DNA from: Setoptus koraiensis
Lineage: Eukaryota > Animalia > Arthropoda
Length of the DNA: 64,000 nucleotides
NCBI GenBank assembly: GCA_048013815.1
Contig: CM106586.1
Location: forward strand, 22,816,001-22,880,000
Reading direction: 5' to 3'
Within the stretch, counting starts at the first letter, position 1. Each line of letters opens with the position of its first letter. The notes under the pieces are model-generated. The model made no database searches, was not told where the DNA came from, and saw only the letters and a list, made by a program, of their open reading frames with translations. The translations under genes and the position numbers were made by a program. This document shows, one piece after another, positions 23,848 to 33,625 of this stretch.

Positions 23848-25062
23848 GAGTTGTGCGGGCTGTGCCCGGCTCGACCTTGTCCCCCTGCCTCCGAAGCCGC
23901 CACTACTACACAGACTCCGAGAGTGAGTTTGTGTGCTCTCAAGATAGCACGCAAACAATGAGCCCCAGTTATAACATAGTACAGTATAGTATCTGGCTTG
24001 AAGCAACTACTAAACTAATGGCTTGTGGCTAGCGCCGGCCGATGAAGAGACACCACCGCCATCAGCTAGACGAATGATTAGCGTCAGCACGCAAATCAAT
24101 GTGTTACAAAGAAATATATATATGAGAAATTGTACGAACTTAGTAGTGGAATATTTCACATTTATAATCCAACTATAACTAGGCATCGTGAGACCAATAT
24201 GAATAAATAAATCATAGTAGCTCTATCCGTGTGAGTCGCTGATGATCGCGCTGCAATGATCATCATTACCAGCACGAGTTAAACGGATCGGATGTAGGAT
24301 GAGACGAGAAGAGAAGAGAATAGCGCTAACCTGAGCCAAGTTGAGTCATTGGTCTAGCAACACATAAGCAGTAGTCATTCATCAGCATCAGCGCCTTCGT
24401 AGCGATCGCATCGCCACGACCATCACCGACAATAACAACACCAACTGGCAGCATCCATAATGATAGTTATCTAAAATTATTATAATATTCGCAACAACAG
24501 TCGTACGCCAGTTCGTTTATCCATCAGCAAACAGCAACGAGCCACGAAAGTAGCGCCAACAGCAGCGCGTGCTGCAACAACGGACCCTTGAGCAGACTTA
24601 TCTGAAATCTATGATGCAACTAATATATTAAACCAGATGACCAGGCAATCAGTAGAAGCAATAGGAGAAACAACATTAGCATTGGCGCGACCAGTTTTGG
24701 CTACAACGCCATTGTTCCAACTACTGTCCTTGGCTATTGCATGTTGCCGTGTAGCATGTCGGCGTATATTGGTGGAACTGCTGTTACTGTTTGTTGTTGG
24801 ATCAGCAGCTGCCACTTCTCAATCAAACTCATCATCTTCTTTCTAGCCTCTCTCCCATTCTGTTTTCCTTGCAAGTTTTGAACAGAACGCCATCGGGTCC
24901 TCGGACGCCATCAGATATATATTACGAAGCGGCAGCGGCAGCCAACCCCGGCTTGAGTCCCCAATTGGAGTCCTATCCTTGAGCAGGCCAACATCTCTGC
25001 GCCCCTTTTGAGCCCTTTTTAGCCCCCACTTTGTGTGTGTGTGTGTGTGTCGCTAACTGTAG

Positions 25063-25274
25063 GGCCAAGTCGGAAGGCATTGGCGGTACCTATGGGCGCA
25101 GGATACTTATCCGAATATTCCGGATGGATGGATTTGCACATTAGGCAGTAGGCAGAGCGGGAGGCAGGGCCTGCAGGCTGCAATGTGTGGCCAATGGCAT
25201 GGTTTGTGTTGGTATAGTTTGGCCAGTGGTAGGAGTTGCTGGCTGTTACTGCCACTGTCGCTGCCACGAAACGG
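25063..25274 (+). ncRNA. Candidate non-coding exon of a spliced pri-mir-124 host transcript
   Basis: Flanked by ctaactgtAG and CGG|GTAAGT. A strong polypyrimidine acceptor also lies at 24841-24875. No recognisable protein is encoded. It is on the same strand as the hairpin and 1.1 kb upstream. Confidence 0.3.
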
Positions 25275-26383
25275 GTAAGTAAATTGTGTAAGTGGGGGAA
25301 AGAAAAAGAATCGAAGCATCGGAGTTGGCGGATAAAATATACTAGTTGAGGGCGCAGAGCGCACCTAAATTGCGCACATTACAATATTAAACCATATAGG
25401 CGCTAGTAGTACCATCATCGCCATTGCCACGAGCAGCACCACTGCTATCGCCAACACTACTATCGCCAACACTAGTATCACCAACTAGTAGGCAGCTAGA
25501 GTAGAGTAAATCATAGGCAGTGGTTGTTCAATTGTGGATATTATCAGCAGCGCCGCCATCTTCTCGCTCTTTACTTTGTCGAATAGGTCTCTAAAGTGGT
25601 AGCATTAATCTCAAAATTACTACTGAGCCGAGCGGAGAGCCGAGAGCCGAGAGAAGTATTAGAATCATCATCATCATAATCATCTATAGCATAGAAGAAG
25701 AATAAAAAGAGGAAGATGACGTTATCGATCAGTATAGTGCCAGACATTAAATGCGAAACAATATCGATTCGAATGTGAGTTTGTGTGCGTGTTTGTGTGT
25801 GCGTTCGAATCATTCCGAAATTCGAATCAGTCCGAACTTCGAAGACGAACTGAACACGGGCACCAGAGTGTTCATTGTCGATTTGGAATTTGTTCCGTCC
25901 GGAACACTTCCTAAATCGGAAACATTATTATTATTTTCATTTGTGTGAAGCAAAAACAAAATCTCTATTAATAGCAGTAATGTAAAATTTATTTATTCAT
26001 CGTCACTCACAGATATTAGTAATAATTACGTAATAATACAATGTTACGTTATAATAATATTTTAATCAGGACGGACATCACACCCAGCCGACGAACAAAA
26101 TGTGAACGATGCAACAAACCAACAAACACACTGATAAGTATCTAGCGTAATCATTATTACATAATTAACCTACCTTCTTGATTGTCTCCCCTATCATTTA
26201 AAGCTAACCATTTTTCAAGCTAGTTTGCGCCAGCACACAGACAAAAATTGTGCCCAGCATGCATGCAGGCATTCATCGTGGCTGACTCATCCAAGCCAGA
26301 TAATATTGATTGATAATGATAATGATTCGAGGCAGTAGTCGCCGCCACCGCAAACAGCAGCAACGTATATAGTCGAAGTCATC

Positions 26384-26459
26384 CAAGTTGAGTGTTCACT
26401 CGTGTTCTCTGATAGAATTATACACAACATTCAAAGGCACGCGGTGAATGCTTAAATTG
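26384..26459 (+). ncRNA. mir-124: microRNA-124 precursor hairpin; predicted mature 3p about 26433-26454 (AAAGGCACGCGGUGAAUGCUUA)
   Basis: AAGGCACGCGGTGAATGC is an 18-nt exact match to conserved miR-124 (UAAGGCACGCGGUGAAUGCC). The upstream arm CAAGTTGAGTGTTCACTCGTGTT pairs with it (WC and GU pairs, one bulge) across an ~24-nt loop. Confidence 0.9.
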
Positions 26460-28516
26460 ATATGACAATTACAACAAACTAATTACTACAACATCCATCT
26501 CGCGACATCACCTGATTCGAATCTTGTCGCTTCAATCAGTTGACAATCGAATCGATAGTTGAATTGAGGCTTGGGCACCCACAAGGCTCTTGCATGTTAC
26601 GCAACTGCATTCGTAGCATGACTAACAGCACATTGTGCAAAGGTACACAGTTGAAACAAATATTTTGTCGAAATGACCGACTATTATCATCATTAATAGT
26701 TCATATATAAAAATGTTGTTGTGAGCATTTTTATAGCTTGACAATATTAAATGCTTGAATGCTAGCAACGCTGAAATGTTTGTTTAGGTTTGATTTGGGC
26801 TATGGAAAAAGCGGTAATAGAAGTAGCGCAAAATGCTCCTCTGGCTAATGTAAAAACGTTCGTGTTGGTCTATGTGTGTGTGTGTGTGTGTGTGTTACAA
26901 CTAGACGCCAAGGGCGTAAACTTTGCTACTCAGTATAATTTGAGCCACAGATATTCCAAATTTATTTTGTCGCTTATTTCCTCATAACATACATGTTAGT
27001 TTGTCGATAGTCCTCTTTCGTGGGCGAACAACGTTCCGTTGAACTGAAATAAGCCGATCGCCCATGGGCAGTCGAGCCAGACCTAATGCACTGAATATGC
27101 GTTGTAGGGGTGTATATATACTGCGTGTGTTTCATCTCGGCGGAAGAATTGTTGGATAGGCTTGTTTGGGCTGGCTCCCATCGACGCCCGTCTCGTGCGC
27201 CAATATCAATCAGATTTTGAGGCCTCAATAGAATCGATTTTGTCAGATTGGCAGCTCTGGTGAGAAGACAGAGAAGAAGAGGTGGCTGCTCTGACAACTT
27301 TAGAGATAGGTTATACAGTGCCGTTATAGATCGATTTTGGCCCGCCGAAGAATCGATGGCAAGGCTAAGAGAAGATATTTGAAACAAAAAATGTTGTGTA
27401 ACGACACAGTGTGTGTGTATGCTTGGCCCTGGCAGAAACAGAACGAGCGAAGCTGTTCCGCCAGAACGTGCCTGTCGTGCTGACAGATAGATAGCGAACG
27501 AGAGGCAAAGGACGCAAACAGGGAAGAGAGAGATAGAGAGAGAGAGAGGGGGGGACCGAAAGCGAACGAAAATAAGGGCGCAAGGCCAAATAGGCGACTA
27601 AGCGTGAGCAAAGTCGCCAGATTGAACGAGAGCGAAGCAGGAAGTTACGACGACGGCGGCGACGACGAGGTTTCTCCGGCGAGAATTCACATCGGGCGGC
27701 ACGATTGGCACTGGCAGGCACGATGTTTTTGCGTCCGATAACGACAACAACGGCAGACTTTGGCCCGGCAAACTAGCAGTGGCAGAAAGTAGAATAGATT
27801 CGAGTGGCGGGTTTGCCAATAGTGAGAGTGGTGGAAGGTTTTTGCTCGTGGGCCCAGTTGGAGCGGGTGACATTGTCGTCATCATGTGCGTTTACGTACA
27901 ATTGACACACAAACAGAGGGCCAGGGAAAAGGAGCCCGATAGGGGGAGAAATTGAGACTTTGAGGATAAGAGTGGCACACACAAAGCGCGCACACACACA
28001 CACACACACGCACAAATACAAACAGGGTGAGACGGGGCCCCGGGGAGCCGCTACTATCGTCTACTATTTTCGCGTTGTGTCGTGTGTCCGCCAGCGGTAT
28101 CTGCGAGCAGTATCTGGTGGCAGTGTGTGTGTGCAAGCAGAATCTGGCGATAGTGGGGCCACCAAAGATGATGATTATTACGAAGATGATGCCAGCCACG
28201 TAACTGTTGTCGGGTGATCGACTGTTGAGCGGCTGAGAGAGCGGTCGGGTCCGAGTGGCCGTTTTTGCCGCGCGCCAGTTGGGCCAGTTCAAGATGTAAA
28301 TTGGTTCGGGCCCCGCGTTGGGGCCCGGCGTCATGGCGGCCGCCGTCGCTGCTGTTGTTTGGTGTTTTGTCGTCCAAATTAGCGAAACCGGCCAGCAGCG
28401 CACAGCCAACAGTGAACTGCAAACACGCTGCAGTCCCTGGTGCTCGATTTCTTGTCGACCAATCCGGGCGCTATTGGCCCGGAGAGTTTAATGATCATCT
28501 GTGAGCACTGACATCA

Positions 28517-28549
<33 letters not shown>

Positions 28550-31500
28550 AATAATATCGAATAATAATCTGCAAATCTCCTATTCAGCTGCTATTTCCTA
28601 GGGCCTTTGTTTACGGTAGCCCCAACCGACCCAGCAAGCAAGCCGAGTAGGCAGCCAGGCGGCCCCGGCAGCGCCATCGGGTAGCGCCGGCGCTGGCGCT
28701 GGTGGGGTTCCCTCGCGGATGGGCCCACACGATGAGGAGCGAGTTAGAATAAGAATTGACGAGCAGGGCAAGAAGGGCAGAGTGAGGCATTAATCTGGTT
28801 CAGTTGATTGCCGAAACGGCGACGGTGGCCGCGTCCGCGCCGATGAGGACGACGGCGGGGACGTGGAAATGGTAATGGCGGACGCAATCGACATCGGCAG
28901 GCCCGATGTGGCACGCGACATTGGGTAGCAGCGCCAGTGGCCGACGACGACGACTCGCGGGCCCGGTTCGCGCGACAGCGTTCAGTCGGTCGGCGCTCCA
29001 GTTGGCCAACTTCGCCAGTTCGGAGCGCTGCAGCTTGGAAGCCTGCGAACGCGACCCAATGTAAATGGCGACCTCCGACTGCCACTAAATGGGCCGCTGG
29101 TTACGCGCCGTCGTTTTCGCTCGTGGCCGCCGCTACCGCTGTTACGTCGTCGCCAGCGCCGCCATCACCGCCGCCGCCGCCGCCACCACCGCTGCCACCA
29201 CCGCTGCCACTACTACAACTGCAACTGCAACAACTGCAGCCACTAGCGCGGCCGGTTCCTCGGTATTCAAGGCCCAAAGAGAGCGAGTTGGCATTGCGTA
29301 TTGGAAATGGTTCGCGCGAACCCGGCCAAAGCAGCCAGTTCTTTCTGTTGCAATCCAATTTGCGAACAAACACACATTGTTAAAGCACTTCTGGCCGCTA
29401 GAATTGATGGAATCGGGAGAGGGGGGGGGATTTGTTGTTGCCGTAGCTGCTGTCGCTGCCGCTGTTGTTGTTGTTGTTGCGAACGTGGCGCAAGTTGGGG
29501 CGCACGAGCAAGCGGCAGAGTTAGCGACGAGTTAGAGTGCGAAAAGTTGTGCGCTAAAGAAGAGAGGAAACGACTACATCGTCAACAACAACAACAGCAA
29601 CAGCAACAGCGGCAGCAGCAGCGCCAACAACAGCATAATTACGACAGGATTGGTGCTAGCCTCATCCATATAAGGTAGAATTAGGTTGGACAGGACGGCG
29701 CCAGAATGGCAACTAACGAAGCGAACAAACTTTTACTTTGTTGTTCATGGTTGTTAGTGCTTATAAATCGCACTAGTCAGCGCGTTTGTTATGCCTCTTC
29801 CTCGCACATGTACCTCCGCGTCTGTCCAGCTTGGCCCTGTCCCTCGGCTGGCTGCAACTGCTAGTCTCGTTTCATACGTTTCAACGTTTGCGCCAGTATA
29901 TATATACGCCGTTATATGCGCCGTTACAAGGGCCGTTATGTGCGCCTTTACATAGCCCGTTGCGCAACGGCCGGCATATAACGGTCGGCCAATTGAGAGC
30001 GCTCGAGAGGTAGAGAGAGCGAGAGCGGCGACAACAGCGACGGCTCGTATTATTAAGAGATGCCTGCCTAATGTTACGATCTGACTCACATCAGTAAGCA
30101 ACTAACGATGACAGATCATAGTGGCGCTAGTTGCCCAGCTCAACCTGCTCCCACTAATTGGAGTAATAACTATTTGAGCGCTTCCTCCTATGTCTGTCAC
30201 AAGTTGACGGGTGTGCGTGTATCAGATGTAACGCTGCTGCTGTTGTTGTTGTTGTTGTTGTTGGTGCTGTTGAACCAGAGCAACACAAACTGCTAAATGA
30301 TACTAACGAACCGCCATCAATAGCTGCATTGTGGCCGCTTTGTAGCTGGCTAGTTGTAGCGACCGAAATATAGCCGGAATGTGGCCGGATTGTAGTTGAC
30401 AAGTACTGCCACACAAACAATTTCAAGCTGCTGCTGCTGTCCGGCCCAAGAGCCTGCAGCTACAGTTTGTAAACAACAAACAACAACAACAACGCCGACT
30501 GATCAACTTGTGCGCTCCATGTGAACAAAATGAGACACACACACACACATCGAGCACATCATGTAATGAAAGCAACAATATTCAGCGTTTATTCCTGTCG
30601 CGCGCGCGCGCGCGCCGGGGCCCCAAAGAAAGGTAATAGCACGTGCGTACTCCAACTGCTGACAGAGAATGTGAGCGCCCGTAAGTGCCACTAAAAACTG
30701 ATCCAACTAGCGCCCGACGTAGCCCAATGCGGCCGAACAGGGCCAAACCGGGGGCCAATCAGGACCTCCGGGCACCGTTACACTCGGGGGTAGACGAGGC
30801 ACGACTCGCGAGTAAGTGAGCATAATATCAGCAGACAGGGGATAAATAAAGGATAGTCTTCGTTCGATCGCCAACTGTGTGTGGCTGGCCTGTACACGGG
30901 CAACCATTCGATAGATGGATTCACGACTTTTTTGCTCAACTAGCACCGCCACCCTAGGCGCTACGCAAACGTTGAAGCGTCATTCCGCTCCCTCGATGCC
31001 ATAGTATCCCTTGAATATGTGCCTGTGTCTCTTGCTCTTTCACTCCATATATATATATATAATAATATATATAAATATATGTATATCCATCAATTACAAA
31101 TGCAACTAGCACCAGCGCCACGTATACGAGCAAACATGTACATATGTATAGAGAGACAGAGGGGGAAGAGTCTTCCGCGTTGCGTCAATATCACAACCGA
31201 CACACTGCTGCAATCGCGATTCGCGATCGTGAAATCGATTTGCCATTGCGAGCAACTTTGCACTGGCGCTTGTTAATGCAACCCAGATTCGTAAGAGAGG
31301 CCGGGACTTATATAACTATCCTGAGAGAAGCAAAAAGCTGTGATTCAACTAACTATGGCGGTCATGCTTTGAGATGTGTGAGTGCGAGTGTGTGTGTGTG
31401 TGTGTGTGTGTTTGTGGAGGATCGGTTATATGCGAATTAAACGACAACGACGACCACCACGACCAGCCTCTCCATTACATAACCGTAATGTCATTGCACG

Positions 31501-32178
31501 ACCAACACGAGCTGTCCATATCATTCTGTCCTGATCAAATTGATTTCGATTATCAACATCACATACAGTTACTGTTGTTGGTTGCAATATATCACAGTTC
31601 ACGCGTTCACGTTCACGTCCACGAACCAAATATCCAACTAATACCAACAGAAACACACAATGCGAATCTTTGTTTGCACTTCTAACGTTCCTGGTTGCCC
31701 ATATGACGCCGTTGTTTGCCATAGTCTTTCGGGGCCCCGACTGTGGCTGGCGACGGGCCTGCCTGCCTGCCTAACCAACCATCAGTGTGATTGTATGATT
31801 TCGCCGACAATTCTCTCTCTCTCTCCCCTGCCGCTTTTGCTGACATACATCTTTCGGCACGCGCGTTTATAAGTGCTCGGAAACGACTATTGCTTCACAG
31901 CCAACCCCGGTATATATATAGAGAACGGCGGTTTGGTCGAGAACAACAACAACAACAACGCCAACTATTGCATATCATTCATTGCTGCCACCCACAGATG
32001 AGAGCCAAATGATGACTATGGTAAACAAACCGCGAAAGACGCCGACGCTTTTCGATAGACGATTTTAATGAGCAAAAGCGCTTCATAACGATTTCTCAGG
32101 TGACTCAAACATTGATTAATATAAATATATATGAGGTTTCTGCTTGTTTGTTCTGCTGTTCCGTTTTGTGTTGTTGTA

Positions 32179-33153
32179 TCACGCTGTATCGTGTGTAAAA
32201 CTGTTCTTGCAGAGCTTCCTGTTACAAGGCGGAGGTCTGGCTCCACAAGGTATAGGCGGGTACAGAACAGAGGAACCGCACCGGCACGATATTTCGGACC
32301 AGCCAATATTTTGACAATCGCCACATTGGCCAGGATGGCACATTTCCTGGCATTTGTGGCGGCCACAATTTTTCAATTTGTTACAAGTTTGCATAAAACC
32401 TTGACTTGTGACGCCACCTCTCAAATTGGACTCTATCGCTTCCAATGAGATGGCATTCTCCTTATTGTTTGGCTGTTTGAGTTGTTGTCTGTCCATATGG
32501 TCAGAGGGTGCGGGCAGCAATTCGTCGTCGCTGCTCTGTGCCAAATCAACAACAACCGGATCGCAAACTGTGAAGGATATTCGAGATTGAGATCTGTGAG
32601 GTCGTGCAGATTGATCATATTGTGAATACTGTTGTTGTTGTTGTTGTTGCTGTTGATCAACTACAGGGTTTCCCGAAACTAAGCTACCGCCTCTATTACG
32701 GCCGCCGTTGTGCCGGCCATTATTATTATTATATCCACCACCTTGCCGCCTTTGCTGGTGATGCTGTTGCTGATGAATATTACTATTGCTCTGGCTTCTT
32801 CTAAGGCTCGAATGGTGACCATTATGACCATTATGGTGCTGGTGATTCTGTTGCTGTTGCGATGACGAGTGATGGTAGTGATCATTTTGCTGATGCTGCT
32901 GTTGTTGCTGATTGCATCCACTACCAAACCATCTATCCAGCTTATTTTGGTTATTATGATGATGATGATGATGATTATTATGGTGATGATGATGATGATT
33001 AGGGTTCTCTCGTTGTCTCATATTACCACTACCACTACCTCCAGAGCCGCCACTTTGGTTGCCACTATTACCGTTACCACTGTTACCACCATTATTTGTG
33101 CCCCCACCATGAGAAAAAGTATTTCTGTAATTTGATCTACTGTTATTATTCAT
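32179..33153 (-). CDS. Short NFX1/shuttle craft-like protein: N/H/Q/G low-complexity N-terminus plus about two NF-X1 zinc fingers (324 aa)
   Basis: C-terminus CNKLKNCGRHKCQEMCHPGQCGDC..EISCRCGSSVLYPPIPCGARPPPC matches the NFX1-specific LTCHCG..VIYPPVPCGTRPPEC motif. TGA follows 14 codons later with no convincing donor site. Confidence 0.75.
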   Translation of the reverse strand: MNNNSRSNYRNTFSHGGGTNNGGNSGNGNSGNQSGGSGGSGSGNMRQRENPNHHHHHHNNHHHHHHNNQNKLDRWFGSGCNQQQQQHQQNDHYHHSSSQQQQNHQHHNGHNGHHSSLRRSQSNSNIHQQQHHQQRRQGGGYNNNNGRHNGGRNRGGSLVSGNPVVDQQQQQQQQQYSQYDQSARPHRSQSRISFTVCDPVVVDLAQSSDDELLPAPSDHMDRQQLKQPNNKENAISLEAIESNLRGGVTSQGFMQTCNKLKNCGRHKCQEMCHPGQCGDCQNIGWSEISCRCGSSVLYPPIPCGARPPPCNRKLCKNSFTHDTA

Positions 33154-33625
33154 TTTATCTAGTTGATATCTAACCTATTTATGAATTCAACTTCATGATA
33201 TCTCTCTCTCACTCTGGCTCTCTATTGGCAACAAGTTGGCAATAGTCTCAATAATAATAATAACAATGACAATGTAATAATTGTCTAATCGATTCAGGCA
33301 TCATTCACATTTTAGGATGAATGAAATGTGCCTGTGGAGTCGCAGCGTCTAGCCAAGTGCACATGTGTTTGTTTTGATTTGAAAACACGTTGTTTCGCCG
33401 CCAGATCGTCGGCTTCGTAGCGCCACGCTAGAATCAACTGTGTTGATATCGCAGAATAAATTATGAATCATGCTGAATCTACTTATTTATACGAATTTGA
33501 ATAATACCTATTTATAACAAATTACCAATAAATTGCCTATCAAACAAACTCAATAATTTCTGGTGGATCCGAGATTAATATCACTTTCTCAGCGTATTGT
33601 GGTAGTATCTTCATTCCAAACAAGC
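33154..33625. promoter_or_regulatory. Probable bidirectional promoter between the NFX1-like gene (-) and SDA1 (+)
   Basis: Head-to-head ATGs 472 bp apart. Confidence 0.45.

Noticed and set aside
27012-27100. Possible minus-strand exon (AG|GTCTGG...AACAT|GTATGT)
   Set aside because: Weak polypyrimidine tract, no recognisable peptide in any frame, and no partner exons.
27604-27620. GTGAGCAAAGT matching the first 11 nt of miR-87
   Set aside because: The match sits in the loop of a 7-bp mini-stem, the 3' half diverges, and there is no pre-miRNA-length hairpin.
29530-29580. LECEKLCAKEERKRL, reminiscent of the NFX1 C-terminal LECDEEC..LERK motif
   Set aside because: It is on the opposite strand to the NFX1-like gene, embedded in SSR-derived frame, and the match is too short. 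It would matter only if a local inversion were shown.
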